DNA of 64,000 nt, from the NCBI GenBank assembly GCA_016788295.1, contig JAEUSY010000049.1, positions 44,010 through 108,009 of the forward strand, given 5' to 3'. The first letter of the stretch is position 1. Every line of letters starts with the position of its first letter. The stretch comes from Flavobacteriales bacterium. Lineage in GTDB: Bacteria; Bacteroidota; Bacteroidia; Flavobacteriales_F; PHOS-HE28. The notes under the pieces are model-generated. The model was given only the letters and a program-made list of their open reading frames with translations. It made no database searches and was not told the DNA's origin. A program made the position numbers and the translations under genes. Positions 19,997-29,688 of the stretch are shown here, piece after piece.

Positions 19997-20017
19997 GCGC
20001 GGCTACCTTTGGCGCCG

Positions 20018-21058
20018 ATGTACAAGTTGCTACGACCGTTGCTCTTCAGGCTACCACCAGAACGGGCGCACCACCTCACCTTCAATTTGCTGGAATGGGC
20101 GGCCAATGTCCCCGGGGCATTGGCGCTTGTAAGGGGGAGCAAACCATCAAATAAGGCGGCCATCTCGGTCATGGGCCTCGACTTTCCATCGCCCGTGGGA
20201 CTTGCCGCCGGCATGGACAAGGACGCAAAGCACGTGGACGCCCTGAGCGCGCTCGGCTTCGGTTTCATTGAGATCGGTACGCTGACCCCTGTGGCCCAAC
20301 CCGGCAACGAGCAGCCACGCCTCTTCCGTTTGCCATCAGACCACGCGCTCATCAATCGCATGGGCTTCAACAATGGCGGCGTGCAAGCCGCTGTTGCACG
20401 TTTGCGTAAGCGGAAGACGGGCATCATCGTGGGTGGCAACATCGGGAAGAACAAGGTGACCCCGAATGAGCAGGCCTTGGACGATTATGTGAAGTGCTTC
20501 GAGGCGCTGTACCCCGTGGTGGACTACTTCGTGGTGAACGTGAGCAGTCCGAATACACCGGGTCTTCGCGCCTTGCAGGACAAAGGGCCATTGTTGGCGA
20601 TCCTATCGCAATTGAGCGCCCTGAACACAAAGCGCACCAGTAAGGAGGGGGCCCGCAAGCCCATCCTCCTGAAGATCGCGCCGGACCTCACCAATGACCA
20701 GTTGGATGATGTGGTATCCGTAGTGAAGGAAAGTGGCATTGCCGGTGTGATCGCCACCAACACCACCATTTCGCGCGATGCACTGACCACTCCAAGGAGC
20801 GAGGTGGAAGCCATAGGGGCAGGCGGTGTGAGCGGTGCACCGGTCCGCAAGCGCAGTACCGAAGTGGTGAGTTATCTTCGGGAACGACTGCCGAGACCGA
20901 TCGTGATCATCGGAGTAGGAGGCATCGATTCCGCGGAAGCGGCCCTGGAGAAACTGAAAGCCGGTGCCGATCTCGTACAGGTATACACAGGCCTCATCTA
21001 TGAAGGTCCTTCGCTTATTCGGCGCATCAATCATGCATACGCACAATGGAAGGGCTGA
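20018..21058 (+). CDS. pyrD: Quinone-dependent dihydroorotate dehydrogenase (class 2)
   Basis: PERAH, GLAAGMDK, NRMGFNNGG, NIGKNKVT, NVSSPNTPGLR, KIAPDL, ATNTT, GVGGI. Confidence 0.96.
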   Translation: MYKLLRPLLFRLPPERAHHLTFNLLEWAANVPGALALVRGSKPSNKAAISVMGLDFPSPVGLAAGMDKDAKHVDALSALGFGFIEIGTLTPVAQPGNEQPRLFRLPSDHALINRMGFNNGGVQAAVARLRKRKTGIIVGGNIGKNKVTPNEQALDDYVKCFEALYPVVDYFVVNVSSPNTPGLRALQDKGPLLAILSQLSALNTKRTSKEGARKPILLKIAPDLTNDQLDDVVSVVKESGIAGVIATNTTISRDALTTPRSEVEAIGAGGVSGAPVRKRSTEVVSYLRERLPRPIVIIGVGGIDSAEAALEKLKAGADLVQVYTGLIYEGPSLIRRINHAYAQWKG

Positions 21059-21906
21059 AACTCATCGAGTGCCCCAGGGATGCCATGCAGGGCATCACCA
21101 CCTTCATTCCGACAGACCTGAAGGTGAAGTACCTCAACGAACTGCTGAAGGTCGGCTTCGACACGATCGACATTGGCAGCTTCGTCAGCCCCAAGGCCAT
21201 TCCGCAATTGGCCGATACGGCAGAGGTACTTTCCCGTATCGACCGCTCGGGATCGAAGAGCAAGCTGCTGGTGATCGTGGCCAACGAGCGCGGTGCCGAG
21301 GAAGCCGTGAAGCAGGAAAGCGTCACCTACCTGGGCTATCCGTTCAGCATCAGCGAGACTTTCCAGCAACGCAACACCAACACAAGCATCGAAGGCAGTT
21401 GGGAGCGCACCTCACGAATCGCGGAATTCGCCCGGGCCAACGGCAAGGAACTGGTGGTCTACATCAGCATGGCGTTCGGAAACCCTTATGGCGATCCATG
21501 GAACGCGCAAGTGGCGCTGCACTGGACCGAGCGCTTGGTGAAGGAGTTGGGCGTGCGCATCATCGCCCTTAGCGATACGGTAGGCGTTGCCCGACCGGAG
21601 GACATTACATCCATGTTCAGCGCGTTGATCCCCGCCTTGCCAAATGTGGAGTTCGGCGCACACCTGCACTGTTCACCGGACAACTGGAAGATGAAGACCC
21701 AGGCCGCGTGGGATGGTGGTTGTCGCCGGTTCGATGGGGCGATCAAGGGCTACGGCGGCTGCCCCATGGCCGAGGATGAACTGGTGGGCAACCTGCAAAC
21801 GGAATTGTTCGTGCGCTCCTTGGAGGAACGCGGCATGAACACTGCACTGGACCTCGCGCAATTGGATAGATGCGTGGCCGAGGCTGCGGGAGTGTTCCCG
21901 GCGTGA
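21046..21906 (+). CDS. hmgL: Hydroxymethylglutaryl-CoA lyase
   Basis: IECPRDAMQG, SFVSPKAIPQLAD, LSDTVG, FGAHLH, GYGGCPMA...GN. Confidence 0.9.
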   Translation: MEGLKLIECPRDAMQGITTFIPTDLKVKYLNELLKVGFDTIDIGSFVSPKAIPQLADTAEVLSRIDRSGSKSKLLVIVANERGAEEAVKQESVTYLGYPFSISETFQQRNTNTSIEGSWERTSRIAEFARANGKELVVYISMAFGNPYGDPWNAQVALHWTERLVKELGVRIIALSDTVGVARPEDITSMFSALIPALPNVEFGAHLHCSPDNWKMKTQAAWDGGCRRFDGAIKGYGGCPMAEDELVGNLQTELFVRSLEERGMNTALDLAQLDRCVAEAAGVFPA

Positions 21907-21923
21907 AGGACCTTCGCTTGTGA

Positions 21924-23177
21924 TCAGACCTTCTGGAGTTCCAAAATGGTGATCTCCGGCGGCATGCCGACCCGCCCTGGGAAACCGATGAAGCCAAAGC
22001 CTCGGTTAACGTAGAGCTGTTGATCCCCCTCGGCATAGAGGCCTGCCCAATGCTGATAGACCCATTGTGCCGGGCTGTAAGTGGTGTTGCCCAGTTTCAC
22101 ACCCAACTGGGCACCGTGCGTGTGGCCGCTCAACGTAAGGTCGATACCCGAGCCTTGCACTTGATGTGTCCAGTGTGTGGGATCGTGGCTCAACAGGATC
22201 CGATACGGCAGACCCTCTGAACCAGCAATGGTCTTGGCCAGGTCCCCGTATTGCTGGAACCGGTGCCCCCAGTTCTGCACGCCGAGCAATCCGATACGCT
22301 CGCCTCCGATCTCCAGTTGTTCGTGCTCATCCAACAAGAGCCGGAAGCCCATTTCGGCATGTATGGCCTTCAGGCGTTCGAGGTTGGCAGCTTTGGCCCC
22401 TTGGCTTTCCCACTTGGGGTAATCACTGTAGTCGTGGTTGCCCAGGATCGAAAACTTACCCAAACGCGCTTCCAGACCACGCAGGACCTCCACGAATGGC
22501 TCCGCTTCCTCCGCATAGTCGTTCACCAGGTCCCCGGTGAACACGATCAGGTCGGGCTTCTCGGCATTGATCAACTCCACACCGTGACGCACAATGCTCA
22601 GATCGCCTCCGTAGCTGCCCAAGTGCATGTCGCTTATCTGGACGACACGCAGCCCATTAAATGCGGCGGGTAACTTGGAACTGCGCACCGGGACACGGGC
22701 CAGGTTGAAGTTGCGCCTTCCCTTGGTAACGCCATAAAGTACCCCGGTGAACGGGATCGCGGCCACGATCAATCCCAGTTGGCTCAGGAACCGCATGCGG
22801 TCGATGCCTTCGCCCGAAGCGTCCATGCTGCCGGGCAGCAGTTTGGACCACCCCAAGCGTCCTACATGCAAAAGGTCATCAAGGCCGTGGAAGATGACCA
22901 TGACCAGTTTTGGTAGGAAGAACAGGAGGAAGAGCGCCACCAGCGAGAACATGAAACTGTGGTCACGACGCACTTTCGCATCCTGCATACTGATCATGGA
23001 CCAGACGAGCACCCCAAGGATCCCAATGGAAACGATCCAATACAGGAAGCGGATGATCCGCCGGATGGTCAATGAATGGTTGGCAAGGGCCGTGTTGAGA
23101 CCTTTGTAGGCATAGAGGTCGATAAGCACCAACAGGACCAGGAAAATACCGAAGTTGCGCAGTGCGGTGGGGGACAT
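21924..23177 (-). CDS. Membrane-anchored metallophosphoesterase (YkuE/YaeI-like)
   Basis: N-terminal TM helices, QISDMHLGS, FTGDLVN, LGNHDY, LLSHDP, LSGHTHG, YVNRGFG. Confidence 0.9.
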   Translation of the reverse strand: MSPTALRNFGIFLVLLVLIDLYAYKGLNTALANHSLTIRRIIRFLYWIVSIGILGVLVWSMISMQDAKVRRDHSFMFSLVALFLLFFLPKLVMVIFHGLDDLLHVGRLGWSKLLPGSMDASGEGIDRMRFLSQLGLIVAAIPFTGVLYGVTKGRRNFNLARVPVRSSKLPAAFNGLRVVQISDMHLGSYGGDLSIVRHGVELINAEKPDLIVFTGDLVNDYAEEAEPFVEVLRGLEARLGKFSILGNHDYSDYPKWESQGAKAANLERLKAIHAEMGFRLLLDEHEQLEIGGERIGLLGVQNWGHRFQQYGDLAKTIAGSEGLPYRILLSHDPTHWTHQVQGSGIDLTLSGHTHGAQLGVKLGNTTYSPAQWVYQHWAGLYAEGDQQLYVNRGFGFIGFPGRVGMPPEITILELQKV

Positions 23178-23242
23178 GGTTGGCGAAATTAGCCCCATGG
23201 ACCAGGGCAGATCTTTTTCGTGACCTACTTTAACACCAGATA

Positions 23243-24679
23243 ATGAGCACGGTTCACAAGCGCTGGATCCTCGGGTCGATAGCCTGCACAGTAACTCTTA
23301 TGCTGTGCGGTCAACCAACATGGCGGCGCTCCTACGGCGCATTGGACGACGAGCAGGCACAGTCGGTCAGGCGCATTGATGACAATGACTTCTTGCTCGC
23401 AGGGACCTCAGGCAGTTTCGGTTCCGGTTCCTCAGATATTTACCTGTTGCTGATCAATGAGATCGGCGTCATGCAATGGTCGCGCACCATCGGAGGACCG
23501 GGTGTGGAGAGGCTGGGAGAGATGCGAGTTGGTGATGATGGTGCGGTCTGGTTGGCCGGCTACACGAACAGCTCGGGCGCAGGTGGTTACGATGGTCAGC
23601 TAATGAAGGTCGGACCAGATGGGGAGGTCCTTCTGCAACGTGAATTGGGGGGAGCCGATTGGGACTTCTTTAACGACTTGAGGATCTTGCCGGACGGAGG
23701 GTTGTTGGTGGCCGGTGAAACGTTCAGCTTCGATCGACCTGCTGGTGTGGCCTGGCTGGTCCGCTACAACGCATTGGGCGATACTTTATGGACTCGCTTT
23801 CTCGATGTCGGCCCTGGAAGCAAGGCGCTCGCCGTGGCACTGACCTCCGACGGCGGAGCCATCATAAGTGGTTCAGTCCCCAGCAATGCTGGCGACCTTA
23901 ACGCCTTTCTCTGCAAGACCGATGGAGAAGGCAATATGCAGTGGAGCATGCAATACGGTGGGGAAGGAGATGATATCGGCCAGGACGTGCTTCAGTGTGC
24001 TGATGGTGGTTACTCCTTCATTGGAAGCACCACCAGTTACTCGCAGTGGACAGAGGCCTATCATGTTCGAACAGATGAACAAGGGAATATGGTCTGGGCC
24101 AGGAACTGGGGACAGATAAACGATCAGGAAGCGCGCGAACACGAACTGCTTGATGATGGCGGCTTCATTTCCATCGGCTACACAAAGACCTCCGGTGGCG
24201 GTGGTCGTGACATGTTCCTTATGCGGAGCGCACCAGATGGCGATTTCGTCTTTGGCCGCACGTACGGTGGCGGGAGCGATGATGAAGGTTCTTCCCTGGT
24301 GGTATTACCTGATGGATTCCTGAGCGCAGGCTTCAGCAGGTCATATGGCGCTGGCGGGAGCGATGTTTTTGTTGTACGCGCTGGACTGGACGGCACAACC
24401 GAGACCGAGGACGTGACCTCGAGTTTCGACGCTCTGAACATCGACCAGCAAGGCTACAGTGGAACATTCCTGTTCCCCAATCCCACAACTGGTATGGTAC
24501 GGTTCGAGGCCATTGGCACTGAGCGACTGATACGTTTGTATGACGTATCGGGTCGAACCATTCAGGAAATTGCAGTCCGACCCGGCCAACAAGAAGTTGA
24601 CATCGACGTTCCAAGCGGCATCTATCTGCTTTCGATCGGGTCCTCTGGCGCCATCCGCTTAATCGTTGAGCGACCATGA
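23243..24679 (+). CDS. T9SS-secreted protein with beta-propeller-like repeats
   Basis: About 7 repeats of W.R.YGG...D...DGG...AG.T.S and a C-terminal LFPNPTTG...YDVSGR...PSGIYLL type A sorting domain. Confidence 0.85.
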   Translation: MSTVHKRWILGSIACTVTLMLCGQPTWRRSYGALDDEQAQSVRRIDDNDFLLAGTSGSFGSGSSDIYLLLINEIGVMQWSRTIGGPGVERLGEMRVGDDGAVWLAGYTNSSGAGGYDGQLMKVGPDGEVLLQRELGGADWDFFNDLRILPDGGLLVAGETFSFDRPAGVAWLVRYNALGDTLWTRFLDVGPGSKALAVALTSDGGAIISGSVPSNAGDLNAFLCKTDGEGNMQWSMQYGGEGDDIGQDVLQCADGGYSFIGSTTSYSQWTEAYHVRTDEQGNMVWARNWGQINDQEAREHELLDDGGFISIGYTKTSGGGGRDMFLMRSAPDGDFVFGRTYGGGSDDEGSSLVVLPDGFLSAGFSRSYGAGGSDVFVVRAGLDGTTETEDVTSSFDALNIDQQGYSGTFLFPNPTTGMVRFEAIGTERLIRLYDVSGRTIQEIAVRPGQQEVDIDVPSGIYLLSIGSSGAIRLIVERP

Positions 24680-26103
24680 TCGGTGCGAAGTCTGACAAAG
24701 GCCAAGGCATTCCTATCCTCACCGGCCACATCCTTTTCCTCGGTCTTGCCGTCCTTTCGCTGTTGCACTGGAAGGCGCGTGTGATCCACGTCGATTCGGC
24801 GTACCAGATCTTCAAGTGGGTGCAGTTGGGCGGTGTGGAGGTGGAGGCCTATCGGTTCGCGGCGGTCTTGCCACAATTGCTGGTGAAGGCGTTGAAACCG
24901 CTGGGCCTTTCGCTGGAGCAGCTATTGCAGGTGGCTTCGCTGGGCCATGTGCTTGTGCCATATGCAATCTTCATTGTCATCGCCCACGGGATCAAGCGTC
25001 CCTTGATCGCAGCGGGTACCGCATTGGCAGCGGTCCTGTGCACACGGCTCACGTTCTACGGCATCGTCCTGGAGGCCAACTACCTGCTCTGCTACCCCTT
25101 CCTCTTGGCCGCTTTGCTCGATGTTCCAGATTCCGCAGATAAGCCCTGGTGGCGACTTCCGACTTTGTTCTTCGCACTTTTCCTCGTGGTCACCGTGCAC
25201 CCGGTCGGCGTGCTGATCGCGCTCTTCGTTCTGGCCTATTTCTTCCTCCATCGTCCAGAGGACCGGAGAACACAGATCATTCTGCTCATTTCCGCATTGG
25301 CCTGGGGCCTATTCGGCCGGTTGCTTTTCCCGCCATCGGGCTACGAGGCTGGACTTTACCAGGCCACCACACAAGGCGCACCCACATTGTTGCAGGGTAC
25401 AGAGCAGCCGGCGCTGGGCTTCCTGATCGGGCATACCTGGGCGTACACCACGCACTACGTTCCCTTATGGGCGCTGCTCATCGTGCTGTGCGTTTCCTTG
25501 TTCCGTACTAAACAATACAAGACCCTGCTGCTTGTACTGGCCGGAACGGGCGGCTATGTGGTGCTGAACGTGGTGACCTACCACAGTGGGGAAACCGCCA
25601 TGATGATGGAAAAGAACTTCCTGCCGCTAGCCACCTTGGTCGCGCTGCCCCTGTTGCATCAATTGGCGAGTTGGGCGAGCAGACCACGCACCATCCTGTT
25701 GTTCGGTCTGTTGGTGGTCGCCTTCCTACAATTCAGGGGCATCTCGTTCGCATCACGCCCGGCCACGGAACGCTTGGTCTTGCTGGAGAAGGTTGTGGAA
25801 CAAGTGCGTGCGCAACAGGTTCGGAAAGCCGCTGTGCACGCTGAGGAGCTTGATCGCGCTGGGCTGTACATCCTATGGGCACTCCCTTATGAGACCTTGC
25901 TCATCAGTGCGTTGGACGGTCCGCGAGAGTGTCTCACGGTGGTCGCCATGCCCGATGAGGGAGTGGACGTACTTCCGAAAGGGTTGAAATTCCCGGCAAT
26001 GAACGACGATTGTCCAGCAACTACGCTCGATCAACGCTATTTCAATTTGCCGGAAGGGCCTTATGTCCTAATTTCCGACCTGTACCGATCGGAGCAGCCA
26101 TGA
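24676..26103 (+). CDS. Polytopic membrane protein, possible GT-C or Wzy-like
   Basis: About 11-12 TM helices with an acidic first outer loop (HVDSAYQ); 4-nt overlaps on both sides. Confidence 0.7.
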   Translation: MIGAKSDKGQGIPILTGHILFLGLAVLSLLHWKARVIHVDSAYQIFKWVQLGGVEVEAYRFAAVLPQLLVKALKPLGLSLEQLLQVASLGHVLVPYAIFIVIAHGIKRPLIAAGTALAAVLCTRLTFYGIVLEANYLLCYPFLLAALLDVPDSADKPWWRLPTLFFALFLVVTVHPVGVLIALFVLAYFFLHRPEDRRTQIILLISALAWGLFGRLLFPPSGYEAGLYQATTQGAPTLLQGTEQPALGFLIGHTWAYTTHYVPLWALLIVLCVSLFRTKQYKTLLLVLAGTGGYVVLNVVTYHSGETAMMMEKNFLPLATLVALPLLHQLASWASRPRTILLFGLLVVAFLQFRGISFASRPATERLVLLEKVVEQVRAQQVRKAAVHAEELDRAGLYILWALPYETLLISALDGPRECLTVVAMPDEGVDVLPKGLKFPAMNDDCPATTLDQRYFNLPEGPYVLISDLYRSEQP

Positions 26104-26807
26104 ACCAGGACCCCGTTTTCCTGCGCATTATCCTCGCCACCCACATGGTGAGCGGAGGAGTGGCTTTGGTGGTGGCGCCGCTGGCCATGCTTGTGGCCAA
26201 GGGCGGCAATGCGCATCGCCTATGGGGCAAGGTCTTCTTTTATGCCATGGCCATCGTGGCCATTACGGCCATCATCGCCGGCATCATGCGCCCCAACGTG
26301 TTGATGGCCATGGTCGCGGTCTTCAGCTTCCACATGATCGCTTCGGGCTACCGCGCCTTGCACTTGAAAAAGCTACACCAGGGCCTGCGTCCGACACGGA
26401 CCGACCTGATCATCCATGGCACCGCAGGCGTGGTCAATGGTGGCCTTTTCCTGTGGGGACTTGCGCATCTGCTGATGGGCCACCGCGATTCCGGCAGCAT
26501 CATCTTCCTGATCTTCGGTGCCATCGGTCTCACCTTCGTTTGGCGCGACCTGCAGCGGTTCTACCAGCGCACGCACGACAAACGCGAATGGCTCTACGCG
26601 CACATGACAGGCTTCCTCGGCGGCTACATTGCCACGGTGTCCGCGTTCAGTGCCGTGAACCTTGAGATGATCAAGCCCACGTGGCTCCAATGGCTGTGGC
26701 CCACAATTATTGGTTCTCCGCTGATCGCCTTTTGGGTGCGCAATTACAAGCAGCGATTTGCCAACGGACGCCGCACACGCGACCTATTCGATATCCGCAT
26801 CCGCTGA
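26100..26807 (+). CDS. DUF2306-type membrane protein
   Basis: HMVSG...KGGNAHRLWGKVF...HMTGFLGGYIATVSAF. Start moved to MNQDPV. Confidence 0.82.
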   Translation: MNQDPVFLRIILATHMVSGGVALVVAPLAMLVAKGGNAHRLWGKVFFYAMAIVAITAIIAGIMRPNVLMAMVAVFSFHMIASGYRALHLKKLHQGLRPTRTDLIIHGTAGVVNGGLFLWGLAHLLMGHRDSGSIIFLIFGAIGLTFVWRDLQRFYQRTHDKREWLYAHMTGFLGGYIATVSAFSAVNLEMIKPTWLQWLWPTIIGSPLIAFWVRNYKQRFANGRRTRDLFDIRIR

Positions 26808-26885
26808 CCCTCCCGTTTCCCATGTGGGGAATGATCGCTGTTCATCATGTCCCACGTTGATCGAGGTCGTGCATCTTTGCCCGGC

Positions 26886-27983
26886 ATGTCGGAACAACGC
26901 CCCTTGCGGATACTCGTGCTCTACACCGAACTGGCACCTTACGTACTTGCCGGTCTGGAACGTGCTGTGCGTGAACATGGCGTGAAGGTGGATTTGGTCC
27001 GCTGGCCGGTGAACAGCGAGGCCCCCTTCAAGCTCAGGGTGTCCGAAGGGATCACCCTGCACGAACGCCGCGCACTCTCCACCGCCGAGCTGATCGCACT
27101 GGCCGAACGCGTTCAACCCGACCTCACATTGTGTACGGGCTGGATCGACAAAGGCTATCTGCGTGTATGCCGTCATCTTCGGGGCCGAGGCCATCGGGTG
27201 GTGATGTGCAGCGATACCGCCTGGCGTGGTGATCTGCGCCAATGGGTGGCCGCCCTGGTGGCGCGTTTTTCATTCGGTCGACTGTTCTCGCACGCATGGG
27301 TCACCGGCTACCGGCAGCGTACCTATGCCTTGCGCTTGGGCTTCAGACCAGATCGTGTGCGCACCGGTTTCTATGCGGCCGATACCTCGCTATTCCTACC
27401 CATCGGCGAGCGGTTATTGCGTTCGCGGACCGATGCCTGGCCACATCGCTTCCTCTGTGTGGCGCGCTACATACCGGCCAAGTGCCACCAGTTGCTGTGT
27501 GATGCGTTTGCCGAGCTAAGCGCGAACGGCATGGCAGGCGATTGGGAGCTTTGGTGCGTGGGCACGGGTGAACTGTTCGAAAAAGTGAGCTCGTCCGTCA
27601 CCGGTTCGCACCCCCGGATCAAGCACATGGGCTTCAAGCAGGCCGCGGAAATGGAAACCATTCTGGACCAGAGCGGTGTGTTCGTTCTGGCCAGTAACTA
27701 TGAGCCATGGGGCGTGGTGGTGCAGGAACATGCTTGCGCTGCATTGCCCTTGGTGCTCAGCGATCAGGTGCGGGCCGCAGAGCGCTTCCTGGAACCCGGT
27801 CGCAATGGACTCCAATTCAAAGCGGATGACAAGGAATCCTTGCTGAACGCACTCCGGACCATAGTTGCCGGCACCGATGGCCAACTTCGCGAAATGGGCA
27901 GGCGCAGTCACGAACTGGGTTCCGCATGGGGGCCATCGGAATGGGCAACGACATTGGTCCAATTGGCACAGGAGCGACCATGA
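26886..27983 (+). CDS. Glycosyltransferase family 4
   Basis: FLCVARY, FVLASNYEPWGVVVQEHAC (EX7E motif). Start moved to MSEQRP. Confidence 0.9.
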   Translation: MSEQRPLRILVLYTELAPYVLAGLERAVREHGVKVDLVRWPVNSEAPFKLRVSEGITLHERRALSTAELIALAERVQPDLTLCTGWIDKGYLRVCRHLRGRGHRVVMCSDTAWRGDLRQWVAALVARFSFGRLFSHAWVTGYRQRTYALRLGFRPDRVRTGFYAADTSLFLPIGERLLRSRTDAWPHRFLCVARYIPAKCHQLLCDAFAELSANGMAGDWELWCVGTGELFEKVSSSVTGSHPRIKHMGFKQAAEMETILDQSGVFVLASNYEPWGVVVQEHACAALPLVLSDQVRAAERFLEPGRNGLQFKADDKESLLNALRTIVAGTDGQLREMGRRSHELGSAWGPSEWATTLVQLAQERP

Positions 27984-29125
27984 GCAAGCCGCAAGTGATC
28001 GTGTTCGTGGACTGGTACAAGCCCGGATACAAGGGTGGCGGACCAGTGCGCAGCATGATGAACCTGGTCGATCACATTGGCGACCATGTGGACCTTTGGT
28101 TCGTGACCAGCGATACCGACTACACAGCGGATGCCCCATATCCCGGCATTGTTCCAGACATATGGACACCGTTGCCGAGTGGCGAAATGGTCTGGTATGC
28201 TTCTGCGAAAGGCCGGTCGCGCGCCAACTGGGCGAAGTTGTTGGCGGAGCGCAAGTGGGATGCCGTGTACATCAACGGCATGTTCTCGTGGTGGTATTCG
28301 ATCATGCCTTTGGCCGTGCTGCGCGGAACCACGCAACGGCGCATCGTGGCCGCCAGGGGGATGCTGCTACCCGGTCCCATGGGACAAGGCGGACTGAAGA
28401 AGCGCACATTCCTCACTTTAGCTCGCGCTGCGGGTCTGTACAGAGGGGTCGAGTTCCAATCAACCAGTGCCGATGAGACCTTGAGCATTCAACACTGGAT
28501 CGGTAAAAGCCCTCCCATCCACCTCGTACCGAACCTGCCTCGGAAGCTCGAAGCGACTACGAGACCCGCACGCACGAAGCAGCCAGGAAGCGTGCGGTTG
28601 GTGAACGTGGTGCGGATCGCCACGGAGAAGAACATCCACCTCATTATCGAGAGCCTGCATGGTCTGCGTGGCGAGGTGACCTTCGACCTGTTCGGCCCCG
28701 TACACCATGTCGATTACTGGGCCATGTGCCAGCTGGCCATCGCACAATTACCGCCCAACGTACACTTCGCCTACTACGGGCCTCTACCTTCCGAAGCAGT
28801 GCCTGCAACGCTTGCCGGGAACTACCATGCGCTCTTCATGCCCAACGAGGGCGATAACTTCGGCCACACCATGCTCGAAGCCATGTGTACCGGACTTCCC
28901 TTGCTGATAAGCGACCGCACACCGTGGCGCCACCTGGAGCAACAGCATGTGGGCTGGGACCTGCCCTTGAACGAGCTTTCTGCCTTTACCCGCACCATCC
29001 AGCGCCTTATCGACATGGACCAGACCGAGTTCGATCAGTGGTCAGAAGGGGCGTTCCAATACGGCAGGCGGCAGGCGGAAGACCCCAACGCCGTGGCGCT
29101 CAACCTTCATTTGTTCCGCGCATGA
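27980..29125 (+). CDS. Glycosyltransferase family 4
   Basis: WYKPGYKGGGPVRS, RIATEKNI, PNEGDNFGHTMLEAM...ISDRTPW. Confidence 0.9.
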   Translation: MSKPQVIVFVDWYKPGYKGGGPVRSMMNLVDHIGDHVDLWFVTSDTDYTADAPYPGIVPDIWTPLPSGEMVWYASAKGRSRANWAKLLAERKWDAVYINGMFSWWYSIMPLAVLRGTTQRRIVAARGMLLPGPMGQGGLKKRTFLTLARAAGLYRGVEFQSTSADETLSIQHWIGKSPPIHLVPNLPRKLEATTRPARTKQPGSVRLVNVVRIATEKNIHLIIESLHGLRGEVTFDLFGPVHHVDYWAMCQLAIAQLPPNVHFAYYGPLPSEAVPATLAGNYHALFMPNEGDNFGHTMLEAMCTGLPLLISDRTPWRHLEQQHVGWDLPLNELSAFTRTIQRLIDMDQTEFDQWSEGAFQYGRRQAEDPNAVALNLHLFRA

Positions 29126-29688
29126 GCACCACACGCGCCACTGTGGACCTGAGCCGCTTCAACAACTCCGCGGACTTCGACCCCGGTGCGGGCATCGTGA
29201 AGCGCACGCTGTGGTACTTCACCAATGCCCTGTTCTTCCTGAACCCGTTGTTCCCGTTCCGCTCGCCGAAACCAGCGCTGCTCCGGCTCTTCGGCGCCAA
29301 GGTGGGCAGTGGCGTGGTCATCCATCCCGGCGTCAACATCAAGTTCCCGTGGAAGCTCCGTATCGGTGACCATAGCTGGGTCGGCCAGCGCGCATGGCTC
29401 GATAACCTGGACACGCTGACCATTGGCAGTAACGTGGTCATTAGCCAGGGCGCCATGATCATCCAAGGCAGCCACGACTACAAGAAGATCGATTACCCCA
29501 CCTACACGAAACCGGTCGTGCTCGAGGATGGCAGTTGGGTGGGGGCAGGAGCCATAGTTACCCTGGGCGTCACCCTCAAGAGCCACAGTGTCCTTGCCGT
29601 GGGCAGCGTGGCCACCAAGGACCTGGAGGCATACATGATCTATCAGGGAAATCCGGCGGTGGCGGTGAGGGAAAGGATGATCCAATGA
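29122..29688 (+). CDS. wcaF: WcaF-type polysaccharide O-acetyltransferase (left-handed beta-helix)
   Basis: LRLFGAKVGSGVVIHPGVNIKFPWKLRIGDHSWVG, ISQGA...GSHDY, GNPAVAVRER. Confidence 0.9.
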   Translation: MSTTRATVDLSRFNNSADFDPGAGIVKRTLWYFTNALFFLNPLFPFRSPKPALLRLFGAKVGSGVVIHPGVNIKFPWKLRIGDHSWVGQRAWLDNLDTLTIGSNVVISQGAMIIQGSHDYKKIDYPTYTKPVVLEDGSWVGAGAIVTLGVTLKSHSVLAVGSVATKDLEAYMIYQGNPAVAVRERMIQ